Below are positions 9,034-26,009 of a DNA stretch of 46,225 bases, piece after piece. Origin of the DNA: Escherichia coli (GTDB taxonomy: Bacteria; Pseudomonadota; Gammaproteobacteria; Enterobacterales; Enterobacteriaceae); the NCBI RefSeq assembly GCF_003334315.1, contig NZ_QOWR01000037.1, one strand, 5' to 3'. Every line of letters starts with the position of its first letter. Position 1 is the stretch's first letter. Both the position numbers and the translations under genes were made by a program. The notes below the pieces were generated by a model. That model was not told the origin of the DNA. It was given only the letters and a program-made list of their open reading frames with translations, and ran no database searches.

Positions 9034-11850
9034 ATGAGTGACTATAAATCAACCCTGAATTTGCCGGAAACAGGGTTCCCGATGCGTGGCGATCTCGCCA
9101 AGCGCGAACCGGGAATGCTGGCGCGTTGGACTGATGATGATCTGTACGGCATCATCCGTGCGGCTAAAAAAGGCAAAAAAACCTTCATTCTGCATGATGG
9201 CCCTCCTTATGCGAATGGCAGCATTCATATTGGTCACTCGGTTAACAAGATTCTGAAAGACATTATCGTGAAGTCCAAAGGGCTTTCCGGTTATGACTCG
9301 CCGTATGTGCCTGGCTGGGACTGCCACGGTCTGCCGATCGAGCTGAAAGTCGAGCAAGAATACGGTAAGCCGGGTGAGAAATTCACCGCCGCCGAGTTCC
9401 GCGCCAAGTGCCGCGAATACGCGGCGACCCAGGTTGACGGTCAACGCAAAGACTTTATCCGTCTGGGCGTGCTGGGCGACTGGTCGCACCCGTACCTGAC
9501 CATGGACTTCAAAACTGAAGCCAACATCATCCGCGCGCTGGGCAAAATCATCGGCAACGGTCACCTGCACAAAGGCGCGAAGCCGGTACACTGGTGCGTT
9601 GACTGCCGTTCTGCGCTGGCGGAAGCGGAAGTTGAGTATTACGACAAAACTTCTCCGTCCATCGACGTTGCTTTTCAGGCGGTCGATCAGGATGCACTGA
9701 AAGCAAAATTTGCCGTAAGCAACGTTAACGGCCCAATCTCGCTGGTGATCTGGACCACTACGCCGTGGACTCTGCCTGCGAACCGCGCAATCTCTATTGC
9801 ACCTGATTTCGACTATGCGCTGGTGCAGATCGACGGTCAGGCCGTGATTCTGGCGAAAGATCTGGTTGAAAGCGTAATGCAGCGTATCGGCGTGACCGAT
9901 TACACCATTCTCGGCACGGTAAAAGGTGCGGAGCTTGAGTTGCTGCGCTTTACCCATCCGTTTATGGGCTTCGACGTTCCGGCAATCCTCGGCGATCACG
10001 TTACCCTGGATGCCGGTACCGGTGCCGTTCACACCGCGCCTGGCCACGGCCCGGACGACTATGTGATCGGTCAGAAATACGGCCTGGAAACCGCTAACCC
10101 GGTTGGCCCGGACGGCACTTATCTGCCGGGCACTTATCCGACGCTGGATGGCGTGAACGTCTTCAAAGCGAACGACATCGTCGTTGCGCTGCTGCAGGAA
10201 AAAGGCGCGCTGCTGCACGTTGAGAAAATGCAGCACAGCTATCCGTGCTGCTGGCGTCACAAAACGCCGATCATCTTCCGCGCGACGCCGCAGTGGTTCG
10301 TCAGCATGGATCAGAAAGGTCTGCGTGCGCAGTCACTGAAAGAGATCAAAGGCGTGCAGTGGATCCCGGACTGGGGCCAGGCGCGTATCGAGTCGATGGT
10401 TGCTAACCGTCCTGACTGGTGTATCTCCCGTCAGCGCACCTGGGGCGTACCGATGTCACTGTTCGTGCACAAAGACACGGAAGAGCTGCATCCGCGTACC
10501 CTCGAACTGATGGAAGAAGTGGCAAAACGCGTTGAAGTTAACGGCATCCAGGCGTGGTGGGATCTCGATGCGAAAGAGATCCTCGGCGACGAAGCTGACC
10601 AGTATGTGAAAGTGCCGGATACTCTCGACGTATGGTTTGACTCCGGATCTACCCACTCTTCTGTTGTTGACGTGCGTCCGGAATTTGCCGGTCACGCAGC
10701 GGACATGTATCTGGAAGGTTCTGACCAGCACCGTGGTTGGTTCATGTCTTCCCTAATGATCTCCACCGCGATGAAAGGCAAAGCGCCGTATCGTCAGGTA
10801 CTGACCCACGGCTTTACCGTGGATGGTCAGGGCCGCAAGATGTCTAAATCCATCGGCAACACCGTTTCGCCGCAGGATGTGATGAACAAACTGGGCGCGG
10901 ATATTCTGCGTCTGTGGGTGGCATCAACCGACTACACCGGTGAAATGGCCGTTTCTGACGAGATCCTGAAACGTGCTGCCGACAGCTATCGTCGTATCCG
11001 TAACACCGCGCGCTTCCTGCTGGCAAACCTGAACGGTTTTGATCCAGCAAAAGATATGGTGAAACCGGAAGAGATGGTGGTACTGGATCGCTGGGCCGTA
11101 GGTTGTGCGAAAGCGGCACAGGAAGACATCCTCAAGGCGTACGAAGCATACGATTTCCACGAAGTGGTACAGCGTCTGATGCGCTTCTGCTCCGTTGAGA
11201 TGGGTTCCTTCTACCTCGACATCATCAAAGACCGTCAGTACACCGCCAAAGCGGACAGCGTGGCGCGTCGTAGCTGCCAGACTGCGCTGTATCACATCGC
11301 AGAAGCGCTGGTTCGCTGGATGGCACCAATCCTCTCCTTCACCGCTGATGAAGTGTGGGGCTACCTGCCGGGCGAACGTGAAAAATACGTCTTCACCGGT
11401 GAGTGGTACGAAGGCCTGTTTGGTCTGGCAGACAGTGAAGCAATGAACGATGCGTTCTGGGACGAGCTGTTGAAAGTGCGTGGCGAAGTGAACAAAGTCA
11501 TTGAGCAAGCGCGTGCCGACAAGAAAGTGGGTGGCTCGCTGGAAGCGGCAGTAACCTTGTATGCAGAACCGGAACTGGCGGCGAAACTGACCGCGCTGGG
11601 CGATGAATTACGATTTGTCTTGTTGACCTCCGGCGCTACCGTTGCAGACTATAACGACGCACCTGCTGATGCTCAGCAGAGCGAAGTACTCAAAGGGCTG
11701 AAAGTCGCGTTGAGTAAAGCCGAAGGTGAGAAGTGCCCACGCTGCTGGCACTACACCCGGGATGTCGGCAAGGTGGCGGAACACGCAGAAATCTGCGGCC
11801 GCTGTGTCAGCAACGTCGCCGGTGACGGTGAAAAACGTAAGTTTGCCTGA
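9034..11850 (+). CDS. ileS: Isoleucyl-tRNA synthetase (938 aa)
   Basis: Class I aaRS signatures: HIGH-type motif ([12 protein letters not shown]), KMSKS motif, C-terminal zinc-binding cysteines (CPRCWH...CGRC). Confidence 0.98.
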
Positions 11851-12344
11851 TGAGTCAATCGATCTGTTCAACAGGGCTACGCTGGCTGTGGCTGGTGGTA
11901 GTCGTGCTGATTATCGATCTGGGCAGCAAATACCTGATCCTCCAGAACTTTGCTCTGGGGGATACGGTCCCGCTGTTCCCGTCGCTTAATCTGCATTATG
12001 CGCGTAACTATGGCGCGGCGTTTAGTTTCCTTGCCGATAGCGGCGGCTGGCAGCGTTGGTTCTTTGCCGGTATTGCGATTGGTATTAGCGTGATCCTGGC
12101 AGTGATGATGTATCGCTCGAAGGCCACGCAGAAGCTAAACAATATCGCTTATGCGCTGATTATTGGCGGCGCGCTGGGCAACCTGTTCGACCGCCTGTGG
12201 CACGGCTTCGTTGTCGATATGATCGACTTCTACGTCGGCGACTGGCACTTCGCCACCTTCAACCTTGCCGATACTGCCATTTGTGTCGGTGCGGCGTTGA
12301 TCGTGCTGGAAGGGTTTTTACCTTCTAAAGCGAAAAAACAATAA
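11850..12344 (+). CDS. lspA: Lipoprotein signal peptidase II (164 aa)
   Basis: Start overlaps the ileS stop (TGATG); membrane protein with conserved FNLAD motif. Confidence 0.95.
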
Positions 12345-12351
12345 TAAACCC

Positions 12352-12438
<87 letters not shown>

Positions 12439-12468
12439 AAAAATCCTCAAATATAAGAGCAAACCTGC

Positions 12469-12918
12469 ATGTCTGAATCTGTACAGAGCAATAGCGCCGT
12501 CCTGGTGCACTTCACGCTAAAACTCGACGATGGCACCACCGCCGAGTCTACCCGCAACAACGGTAAACCGGCGCTGTTCCGCCTGGGCGATGCTTCTCTT
12601 TCTGAAGGGCTGGAGCAACACCTGCTGGGGCTGAAAGTGGGCGATAAAACCACCTTCTCGCTGGAGCCAGATGCGGCGTTTGGCGTGCCGTCACCGGACC
12701 TGATTCAGTACTTCTCCCGCCGTGAGTTTATGGATGCAGGCGAGCCAGAAATTGGCGCAATCATGCTTTTTACCGCAATGGATGGCAGTGAGATGCCTGG
12801 CGTGATCCGCGAAATTAACGGCGACTCCATTACCGTTGATTTCAACCATCCGCTGGCCGGGCAGACCGTTCATTTTGATATTGAAGTGCTGGAAATCGAT
12901 CCGGCACTGGAGGCGTAA
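12469..12918 (+). CDS. fkpB: FKBP-type peptidyl-prolyl cis-trans isomerase (149 aa)
   Basis: Translation [40 protein letters not shown]...; sits between lspA and ispH as in the conserved operon. Confidence 0.93.
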
Positions 12919-12919
12919 C

Positions 12920-13870
12920 ATGCAGATCCTGTTGGCCAACCCGCGTGGTTTTTGTGCCGGGGTAGACCGCGCTATCAGCATTGTTGAAAACGCGCTGGCC
13001 ATTTACGGCGCACCGATATATGTCCGTCACGAAGTGGTGCATAACCGCTACGTGGTCGATAGCCTGCGCGAGCGTGGGGCTATCTTTATTGAGCAGATTA
13101 GCGAAGTGCCGGACGGCGCAATCCTGATTTTCTCCGCACACGGTGTTTCTCAGGCGGTACGTAACGAAGCGAAAAGCCGTGATTTGACGGTATTCGACGC
13201 CACCTGCCCGCTGGTGACCAAAGTGCATATGGAAGTCGCCCGCGCTAGTCGCCGTGGCGAAGAATCTATTCTCATCGGTCACGCCGGGCACCCGGAAGTG
13301 GAAGGCACGATGGGTCAGTACAGCAACCCGGAAGGGGGAATGTATCTGGTTGAATCACCAGACGATGTGTGGAAACTGACGGTCAAAAACGAAGAGAAAC
13401 TCTCCTTTATGACCCAGACCACGCTGTCGGTGGATGACACGTCTGATGTGATCGACGCGCTGCGTAAACGCTTCCCGAAAATTGTCGGTCCGCGCAAAGA
13501 TGACATCTGCTACGCCACGACTAACCGACAGGAAGCGGTACGTGCCCTGGCCGAACAGGCGGAAGTTGTGCTGGTGGTCGGTTCGAAAAACTCCTCTAAC
13601 TCCAACCGTCTGGCGGAGCTGGCCCAGCGTATGGGCAAAAGCGCGTTTTTGATTGATGATGCGAAAGATATCCAGGAAGAGTGGGTGAAAGAGGTTAAAT
13701 GCGTCGGCGTGACTGCGGGCGCATCGGCTCCGGATATTCTGGTGCAGAATGTGGTGGCACGTTTGCAACAGCTGGGCGGTGGTGAAGCCATTCCGCTGGA
13801 AGGACGTGAAGAAAACATTGTTTTCGAAGTGCCGAAAGAGCTGCGTGTCGATATTCGTGAAGTCGATTAA
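12920..13870 (+). CDS. ispH: 4-hydroxy-3-methylbut-2-enyl diphosphate reductase IspH/LytB (316 aa)
   Basis: Conserved N-terminus [22 protein letters not shown] at 12920 one base after the fkpB stop. I reject the ORF-track start at 12836, which overlaps fkpB. Confidence 0.95.
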   Translation: MQILLANPRGFCAGVDRAISIVENALAIYGAPIYVRHEVVHNRYVVDSLRERGAIFIEQISEVPDGAILIFSAHGVSQAVRNEAKSRDLTVFDATCPLVTKVHMEVARASRRGEESILIGHAGHPEVEGTMGQYSNPEGGMYLVESPDDVWKLTVKNEEKLSFMTQTTLSVDDTSDVIDALRKRFPKIVGPRKDDICYATTNRQEAVRALAEQAEVVLVVGSKNSSNSNRLAELAQRMGKSAFLIDDAKDIQEEWVKEVKCVGVTAGASAPDILVQNVVARLQQLGGGEAIPLEGREENIVFEVPKELRVDIREVD

Positions 13871-13896
13871 GTCATTAGCAGCCTAAGTTATGCGAA

Positions 13897-13926
13897 AATG
13901 CCGGTCTTGTTACCGGCATTTTTTAT
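13897..13926 (+). terminator. Rho-independent terminator after ispH
   Basis: 9-bp stem AATGCCGGT / ACCGGCATT with 6-nt loop, followed by TTTTTTAT. Confidence 0.75.
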
Positions 13927-13935
13927 GGAGAAAAC

Positions 13936-14850
13936 ATGCGTTTACCTATCTTCCTCGATACTGACCCCGGCATTGACGATGCCGTCGCCATTGCCGCCGC
14001 GATTTTTGCCCCCGAACTCGACCTGCAACTGATGACCACTGTCGCGGGTAATGTTTCGGTAGAGAAAACCACCCGCAATGCCCTGCAACTGCTGCATTTC
14101 TGGAATGCGGAGATTCCGCTCGCCCAGGGAGCCGCTGTGCCGCTGGTACGCGCACCGCGTGATGCGGCATCTGTGCACGGCGAATCGGGAATGGCTGGCT
14201 ACGACTTTGTTGAGCACAACCGAAAGCCACTCGGGATACCGGCGTTTCTGGCGATTCGGGATGCCCTGATGCGTGCACCAGAGCCTGTTACTCTGGTAGC
14301 CATCGGCCCGTTAACCAATATTGCGCTGTTACTTTCACAATGCCCGGAATGCAAACCGCATATTCGCCGTCTGGTGATCATGGGTGGTTCTGCCGGTCGC
14401 GGCAACTGCACACCAAACGCCGAGTTTAATATCGCTGCCGATCCAGAAGCGGCTGCCTGTGTCTTCCGTAGCGGAATCGAAATTGTCATGTGCGGTCTGG
14501 ATGTCACCAATCAGGCAATATTAACCCCTGACTATCTCGCTACTTTGCCGGAGTTGAATCGCACCGGAAAAATGCTCCACGCCCTGTTTAGCCACTACCG
14601 TAGCGGCAGTATGCAAAGCGGTCTGCGAATGCACGATCTCTGCGCCATCGCCTGGCTGGTGCGCCCGGACTTATTCACCCTCAAGCCGTGTTTTGTCGCG
14701 GTAGAAACTCAAGGCGAATTTACCTCAGGCACGACGGTGGTTGATATCGACGGTTGCTTGGGCAAACCAGCCAATGTACAGGTGGCATTGGATCTGAATG
14801 TAAAAGGCTTCCAGCAGTGGGTAGCTGAGGTGCTGGCTCTGGTGCCGTAA
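13936..14850 (+). CDS. rihC: Non-specific ribonucleoside hydrolase RihC (304 aa)
   Basis: N-terminal [12 protein letters not shown] nucleoside-hydrolase aspartate cluster motif. Confidence 0.94.
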   Translation: MRLPIFLDTDPGIDDAVAIAAAIFAPELDLQLMTTVAGNVSVEKTTRNALQLLHFWNAEIPLAQGAAVPLVRAPRDAASVHGESGMAGYDFVEHNRKPLGIPAFLAIRDALMRAPEPVTLVAIGPLTNIALLLSQCPECKPHIRRLVIMGGSAGRGNCTPNAEFNIAADPEAAACVFRSGIEIVMCGLDVTNQAILTPDYLATLPELNRTGKMLHALFSHYRSGSMQSGLRMHDLCAIAWLVRPDLFTLKPCFVAVETQGEFTSGTTVVDIDGCLGKPANVQVALDLNVKGFQQWVAEVLALVP

Positions 14851-15001
14851 CCTGTCACATGTTATCGGCATGCAGTCATTCATCGACTCATGCCTTTCAC
14901 TGATATCCCTCCCTGTTTATCATTAATTTCTAATTATCAGCGTTTTTGGCTGGCGGCGTAGCGATGCGCTGGTTACTCTGAAAACGGTCTATGCAAATTA
15001 A

Positions 15002-15838
<837 letters not shown>

Positions 15839-15890
15839 CCACAAAATATTTGTTATGGTGCAAAAATAACACATTTAATTTATTGATTAT

Positions 15891-15925
15891 AAAGGGCTTT
15901 AATTTTTGGCCCTTTTATTTTTGGT
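15891..15925 (+). terminator. Putative intrinsic terminator after dapB
   Basis: 7-bp stem AAAGGGC / GCCCTTT with 11-nt loop, followed by a T-rich tract (TATTTTTGG). Confidence 0.5.
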
Positions 15926-16243
15926 ATTATGTTTTTAAATTGTCTATAAGTTCCAAAAATTACATGTTTTGTCTTCTGTTTTTGTTGTTTTAATGTAAAT
16001 TTTGACCATTTGGTCCACTTTTTTCTGCTCGTTTTTATTTCATGCAATCTTCTTGCTGCGCAAGCGTTTTCCAGAACAGGTTAGATGATCTTTTTGTCGC
16101 TTAATGCCTGTAAAACATGCATGAGCCACAAAATAATATAAAAAATCCCGCCATTAAGTTGACTTTTAGCGCCCATATCTCCAGAATGCCGCCGTTTGCC
16201 AGAAATTCGTCGGTAAGCAGATTTGCATTGATTTACGTCATCA

Positions 16244-16283
16244 TTGTGAATTAATATGCAAATAAAGTGAGTGAATATTCTCT
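16244..16283. promoter_or_regulatory. Tandem ArgR operator boxes overlapping the carAB arginine-regulated promoter
   Basis: TGTGAATTAATATGCAAA (16244-16261) matches the ARG box consensus TnTGAATwwwwATTCAnw with one mismatch; a second, weaker box follows. carAB is known to carry ARG boxes at its downstream promoter. Confidence 0.55.
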
Positions 16284-16293
16284 GGAGGGTGTT

Positions 16294-17442
16294 TTGATTA
16301 AGTCAGCGCTATTGGTTCTGGAAGACGGAACCCAGTTTCACGGTCGGGCCATAGGGGCAACAGGTTCGGCGGTTGGGGAAGTCGTTTTCAATACTTCAAT
16401 GACCGGTTATCAAGAAATCCTCACTGATCCTTCCTATTCTCGTCAAATCGTTACTCTTACTTATCCCCATATTGGCAATGTCGGCACCAATGACGCCGAT
16501 GAAGAATCTTCTCAGGTACATGCACAAGGTCTGGTGATTCGCGACCTGCCGCTGATTGCCAGCAACTTCCGTAATACCGAAGACCTCTCTTCTTACCTGA
16601 AACGCCATAACATCGTGGCGATTGCCGATATCGATACCCGTAAGCTGACGCGTTTACTGCGCGAGAAAGGCGCACAGAATGGCTGCATTATCGCGGGCGA
16701 TAACCCGGATGCGGCGCTGGCTTTAGAAAAAGCCCGCGCGTTCCCAGGTCTGAATGGCATGGATCTGGCAAAAGAAGTGACCACCGCAGAAGCCTATAGC
16801 TGGACACAAGGGAGCTGGACGTTGACCGGTGGCCTGCCAGAAGCGAAAAAAGAAGACGAGCTGCCGTTCCACGTCGTGGCTTATGATTTTGGTGCCAAGC
16901 GCAACATCCTGCGGATGCTGGTGGACAGAGGCTGTCGCCTGACCATCGTTCCGGCGCAAACTTCTGCGGAAGATGTGCTGAAAATGAATCCAGACGGCAT
17001 CTTCCTCTCCAACGGTCCTGGCGACCCGGCCCCGTGCGATTACGCCATTACCGCCATCCAGAAATTCCTCGAAACCGATATTCCGGTATTCGGCATCTGT
17101 CTCGGTCATCAGCTGCTGGCGCTGGCGAGCGGTGCGAAGACTGTCAAAATGAAATTTGGTCACCACGGCGGCAACCATCCGGTTAAAGATGTGGAGAAAA
17201 ACGTGGTAATGATCACCGCCCAGAACCACGGTTTTGCGGTGGACGAAGCAACATTACCTGCAAACCTGCGTGTCACGCATAAATCCCTGTTCGACGGTAC
17301 GTTACAGGGCATTCATCGCACTGATAAACCGGCGTTCAGCTTCCAGGGTCACCCGGAAGCCAGCCCTGGGCCACACGACGCAGCGCCGTTGTTCGACCAC
17401 TTTATCGAGTTAATTGAGCAGTACCGTAAAACCGCTAAGTAA
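16294..17442 (+). CDS. carA: Carbamoyl-phosphate synthase small (glutamine amidotransferase) subunit (382 aa), TTG start
   Basis: Conserved N-terminus (M)[21 protein letters not shown]; GATase motif [10 protein letters not shown] take the TTG start at 16294 rather than the ORF-track GTG at 16267. Confidence 0.93.
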
Positions 17443-17459
17443 TCAGGAGTAAAAGAGCC

Positions 17460-20681
<3,222 letters not shown>

Positions 20682-20733
20682 TAGCGTGTCATGGCAGATA
20701 TTTTTCATCCGCTAATTTGATCGAATAACTAAT

Positions 20734-20763
20734 ACGGTTCTCTGATGAGGACCGTTTTTTTTT
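20734..20763 (+). terminator. Rho-independent terminator of carAB
   Basis: 9-bp stem ACGGTTCTC / GAGGACCGT (one G-U pair), 4-nt loop, followed by T9. Confidence 0.8.
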
Positions 20764-20942
20764 GCCCATTAAGTAAATCTTTTGGGGAATCGATATTTTT
20801 GATGACATAAGCAGGATTTAGCTCACACTTATCGACGGTGAAGTTGCATACTATCGATATATCCACAATTTTAATATGGCCTTGTTTAATTGCTTCAAAA
20901 CGAGTCATAGCCAGACTTTTAATTTGTGAAACTGGAGTTCGT

Positions 20943-21338
20943 ATGTGTGAAGGATATGTTGAAAAACCACTCTACTTGTTAATCGCCGAATGGATGATGG
21001 CTGAAAATCGGTGGGTGATAGCAAGAGAGATCTCTATTCATTTCGATATTGAACACAGCAAGGCGGTTAATACCCTGACTTATATTCTGTCGGAAGTCAC
21101 AGAAATAAGCTGCGAAGTTAAGATGATCCCTAATAAGCTGGAAGGGCGGGGATGCCAGTGTCAGCGACTGGTTAAAGTGGTCGATATCGATGAGCAAATT
21201 TACGCGCGCCTGCGCAATAACAGTCGGGAAAAATTAGTCGGCGTAAGAAAGACACCGCGTATTCCTGCCGTTCCGCTCACGGAACTTAACCGCGAGCAGA
21301 AGTGGCAGATGATGTTGTCAAAGAGTATGCGTCGTTAA
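20943..21338 (+). CDS. caiF: Transcriptional activator of the cai/fix operons, CaiF (131 aa)
   Basis: Conserved start MCEGYVEKPLYLLIAEWMMAENRWVIAREIS; the ORF-track N-terminal extension from 20838 is rejected. Confidence 0.9.
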   Translation: MCEGYVEKPLYLLIAEWMMAENRWVIAREISIHFDIEHSKAVNTLTYILSEVTEISCEVKMIPNKLEGRGCQCQRLVKVVDIDEQIYARLRNNSREKLVGVRKTPRIPAVPLTELNREQKWQMMLSKSMRR

Positions 21339-21369
21339 TGTCATTTCGATGATACCGTGCGACCTGGTC

Positions 21370-21544
21370 GCCGGATGCGATGCTGGCGCATCTTATCCGG
21401 CTTACGGTTGCTCTCCAGCCGGGTTGGATAAGGCGTTTATGCCGCATCCGACAGCTATCGCCGGATGCGATGCTGGCGCATCTTATCCGGCCTACGGTTG
21501 CTCTCCAGCAGAGTTGGATAAGGCGTTTACGCCGCATCCGGCAA
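21370..21544. repeat. REP/BIME cluster: two tandem ~90-bp REP-containing units between convergent caiF and caiE
   Basis: CGCCGGATGCGATGCTGGCGCATCTTATCCGG...GGATAAGGCGTTTA(T/C)GCCGCATCCG occurs twice in tandem. Confidence 0.85.
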
Positions 21545-21546
21545 GA

Positions 21547-22137
21547 TCACCGTTTAGGCGTCACATCCGTTGTCCCCTGCAAACGGGGGCGATTTTCCTC
21601 CATTTGCCTCAACGGCTGCGTTTCATGTAACGATGCATGATAGCGCCCGACAAGATCCTGATACTCTTTGGTATTCAACCGTTTCCAGTGTAACTCGTCG
21701 TCACTAACACTGCGTACAGCGCGGGCTGGCGTACCCATCAACAACTGGCGTTTCTCGCCGCTAAAGCCCGCTTTGACAAAGCTCATGGCGGCAACAATGC
21801 TCTCTTCGCCAATGACCGCGCCATCCATAATCACGCTGTTCATCCCGACCAATGCATCGCGACCAATCACACAACCATGCAGGATCGCTCCGTGCCCGAT
21901 ATGGCCGTTTTCCCCAACAATGGTGTCAGTGTCGCAGTAGCCATGCATAATGCAGCCATCCTGAATATTGGCTCCCGCTTGCACGATCAACCGCCCGTAG
22001 TCACCACGCAGTGAGGCGAGTGGGCCGATGTAGACACCGGCTCCCACAATCACATCGCCAATCAAGACGGCACTGGGATGGACAAACGCCGTCGGGTGAA
22101 CCACCGGAATTAACCCCTCAAAGGCGTAATAGCTCAC
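21547..22137 (-). CDS. caiE: Carnitine operon protein CaiE (hexapeptide-repeat / gamma-carbonic-anhydrase-like fold), 196 aa with GTG start
   Basis: Hexapeptide-repeat motifs ([14 protein letters not shown]..., [14 protein letters not shown]); GTG start at 22135-22137 gives MSYYAFEGL; the ORF-track start at 22158 would overlap caiD. Confidence 0.9.
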   Translation of the reverse strand: MSYYAFEGLIPVVHPTAFVHPSAVLIGDVIVGAGVYIGPLASLRGDYGRLIVQAGANIQDGCIMHGYCDTDTIVGENGHIGHGAILHGCVIGRDALVGMNSVIMDGAVIGEESIVAAMSFVKAGFSGEKRQLLMGTPARAVRSVSDDELHWKRLNTKEYQDLVGRYHASLHETQPLRQMEENRPRLQGTTDVTPKR

Positions 22138-22142
22138 GGTTG

Positions 22143-22928
22143 TTAACGTCCTTTCCACACCGGATCGCGCTTCTCGGCAAACGCCAGCGGCCCTTCAATG
22201 GCATCCTCCGAATGCAGAACCGACGGATAGTGTTTCAACACGCCGCTGCGAATATAGCGATACGCTTCTTCTACCGGCATTTCGCTGGTGGTGCGGTAGA
22301 TCTCTTTCAGCGCCGCAATCGCCAGCGGAGCGCTGTTAACCAGCTGCTGCGCCAGTTCGCGGGCGTTATCCATCAGTTCCGCCTGGCTAACCACGCGGTT
22401 GACTATCCCCCAACGCAGCGCCTCTTCTGCGCCCATTCGTCTGCCGGTCATCACCATTTCATTGACGATGGCAGGCGGCAGGATCTTCGGCAGACGCAGC
22501 ACACCGCCGCTGTCAGGAACGATGCCCAGTTTGGCTTCCGGCAGGGCGAAGCTGGCGTTATCGGCACAAACAATAAAATCTGCCGCCAGCGCCAGTTCGA
22601 AACCGCCGCCAAAGGCGTAGCCGTTCACAGCTGCGATAACTGGTTTGTCGAGATTGAAAATTTCGGTTAATCCCGCAAAACCACCCGGGCCAAAGTCAGC
22701 ATCCGGTGCTTCGCCTTCTGCTGCCGCTTTTAAATCCCAGCCCGCGGAAAAGAATTTCTCTCCGGCACCGGTAATAATGGCGACACGTAATTGCGGATCG
22801 TCACGGAAATTTAGAAATACTTCGCCCATTTCAAAGCTGGTTTTTGCATCAATAGCATTCGCTTTTGGGCGATCAAGGGTAATTTCCAGAATTGATCCAT
22901 TGCGGGTCAGATGTAATGATTCACTCAT
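22143..22928 (-). CDS. caiD: Carnitinyl-CoA dehydratase (crotonase superfamily), 261 aa
   Basis: Enoyl-CoA hydratase motifs ([20 protein letters not shown]); start taken at [11 protein letters not shown], not the longer ORF-track start at 23036. Confidence 0.92.
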   Translation of the reverse strand: MSESLHLTRNGSILEITLDRPKANAIDAKTSFEMGEVFLNFRDDPQLRVAIITGAGEKFFSAGWDLKAAAEGEAPDADFGPGGFAGLTEIFNLDKPVIAAVNGYAFGGGFELALAADFIVCADNASFALPEAKLGIVPDSGGVLRLPKILPPAIVNEMVMTGRRMGAEEALRWGIVNRVVSQAELMDNARELAQQLVNSAPLAIAALKEIYRTTSEMPVEEAYRYIRSGVLKHYPSVLHSEDAIEGPLAFAEKRDPVWKGR

Positions 22929-23036
22929 TCCTTTTCTCCATTTTTGCTTTTTCAGGGACGACAACATTCCTGCAAAAAATGCATATTGTTTTAGAGCGTG
23001 ATTATTAGCTGGCAGGGTAGTTCCCTGCCGTTTCAT

Positions 23037-24590
23037 TTATTTCAGATTCTTTCTAATTATTTTCCCCGAGCAATTACGTGGCAGATCTTTTCTGATCTCC
23101 AGATAAGAGGGCACTTTAAATTTCGCCATATTTTGTTCGCAGAAGCGAAAAAATTCCTCTTCGCTCAATGTTTCACCTTCATTCAGCACCACAAATGCTT
23201 TGATGGCTTCATCGCGAATCGAATCTTTAATACCCACAACCACGATGTCCTGAATTTTCGGATGGGTGGCGATGATATTTTCCAGCTCCACGCAGGAGAC
23301 ATTCTCGCCACCGCGTTTGATCATATTGCAGCGGCGATCGACGAAATAAAAAAAGCCTTCTTCGTCGCGGTATCCGGTATCGCCGGTATGCAGCCAGCCA
23401 TCAGCTTCCAGCACTTTCGCAGTGGCTTTCGGGTTGAGAAAATACTCTTTGAAGATGGTTTTCCCTGGTACGCCTTTAATACAGATTTCACCGATCTCAC
23501 CTGCCGGGAGCGGGCAATTGTGATCGTCGCGGATCTCCGCTTCGTAGCAAAACCCCGCTCGACCAATCGACGGCCAGCGTCGTTTATCGCCAGGGCGATC
23601 GCCGATAATGCCCACAATGGTTTCCGTCATCCCATAAGACGTCAGCAAGCGAACGCCGAAGCGTTCACAAAACGCATCTTTTTCCTGCTCCGACAAGTTG
23701 AGATAAAACATCACTTCCCGCAGGCGGTGTTGCCGATCGTTCGCTGAAGGCGGCTGCACCATCAAGGTACGGATCATCATCGGAATACATTCGGTAACGG
23801 TGGCGCGGTACTTCTGTACCTGTCCCCAGAAGGCGCGGGCGCTGTATTTCTCGACCAGCACAAAGGTGGCCCCGGCAGAAAACGCCGCCATCGCCGCAGT
23901 ACACTGGCAATCGATATGAAACGCAGGCATTACCGTCAGGTAGACGTCATCGTCACGCAGTGCACACTGCCAGGCGGAGTAATATCCAGCGAAGCGCAGG
24001 TTGTAATGGGTAATCACCACACCTTTCGGTCGGGAGGTGGTGCCGGAGGTGAAGAGAATTTCCGCCGTATCGTCAGTCGATAGCGGCGGTGCATAGCACA
24101 AGGTGGCAGGTTGTTGATTTTTCAGTTGAGTAAACGAACTCACGCCATCATCAGCGGGAAGTGCCACATCTGTCAGGCAAATGTGCCGCAATTGAGTGGC
24201 ATCTTCCTGCTGAATCTGTTGATACATAGGATAGAATTGCGCACTGGTTACCAGCAGGCACGCCTGGCTATTTTGCAGGATCCACGCGCTTTCCTCGCGT
24301 AACAGGCGGGCGTTAATCGGCACCATAATCGCGCCAATTTTTGCCAGCCCGAACCAGCAAAAGATAAATTCCGGGCAGTTGTCGAGATGTAGTGCAACCT
24401 TGTCGCCTTTGCGAATCCCCAGCGTATAAAACAGGTTTGCCGTGCGGTTAATCTCCTGATTTAACTCAAGATAACTATACCGGTTAACGACTCCGCCGCT
24501 GGATTCACAAATCAGCGCCGTTTTATGACCGTAAACGTCCGCAAGATCGTCCCACATTTGACGTAGATGTTGTCCGCCAATGATATCCAT
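23037..24590 (-). CDS. caiC: Crotonobetaine/carnitine-CoA ligase (adenylate-forming enzyme), 517 aa
   Basis: AMP-binding motif [11 protein letters not shown]; start at MDIIGGQHL (the ORF-track ORF extends 5 codons further, to 24605). Confidence 0.93.
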   Translation of the reverse strand: MDIIGGQHLRQMWDDLADVYGHKTALICESSGGVVNRYSYLELNQEINRTANLFYTLGIRKGDKVALHLDNCPEFIFCWFGLAKIGAIMVPINARLLREESAWILQNSQACLLVTSAQFYPMYQQIQQEDATQLRHICLTDVALPADDGVSSFTQLKNQQPATLCYAPPLSTDDTAEILFTSGTTSRPKGVVITHYNLRFAGYYSAWQCALRDDDVYLTVMPAFHIDCQCTAAMAAFSAGATFVLVEKYSARAFWGQVQKYRATVTECIPMMIRTLMVQPPSANDRQHRLREVMFYLNLSEQEKDAFCERFGVRLLTSYGMTETIVGIIGDRPGDKRRWPSIGRAGFCYEAEIRDDHNCPLPAGEIGEICIKGVPGKTIFKEYFLNPKATAKVLEADGWLHTGDTGYRDEEGFFYFVDRRCNMIKRGGENVSCVELENIIATHPKIQDIVVVGIKDSIRDEAIKAFVVLNEGETLSEEEFFRFCEQNMAKFKVPSYLEIRKDLPRNCSGKIIRKNLK

Positions 24591-24663
24591 TGCACCTCTA
24601 TCCATTTTTGTTCGTTTGTTATTGGGCGGGCGCTAGTCAGGCAAGCCGACTGACGCCACGCGT

Positions 24664-25899
<1,236 letters not shown>

Positions 25900-25914
25900 T
25901 TATGTAGCGCATGA

Positions 25915-26000
<86 letters not shown>

Positions 26001-26009
26001 CGCACGGAC

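Noticed and set aside
9049-10260. 403-aa ORF antisense to ileS (also 10924..11508 and others)
   Set aside because: Entirely embedded opposite a strongly supported, conserved aminoacyl-tRNA synthetase gene; long antisense ORFs are common by chance in GC-rich, codon-biased genes; no recognisable motifs.
12836-12919. N-terminal extensions proposed by the ORF track for ispH, and similarly for nhaR, carA, caiF, caiD, fixA, kefC, folA, apaG and djlA
   Set aside because: The extended starts overlap the upstream gene or lack the conserved family N-terminus; internal starts match known protein N-termini and the tight operon spacing.
21349-21640. Two overlapping ~90-aa ORFs spanning the caiF-caiE intergenic region
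   Set aside because: They are read through tandem REP palindromes (the repeated peptide ...AGCDAGASYPAYGCSP... reflects the DNA repeat) and are not genes.
22998-23747. 249-aa plus-strand ORF opposite caiC; similar ORFs opposite caiB (25081..25629), caiA (26298..26789) and lptD (43084..43731)
   Set aside because: All lie antisense within well-supported conserved genes and show no independent start or RBS context or domain signatures.
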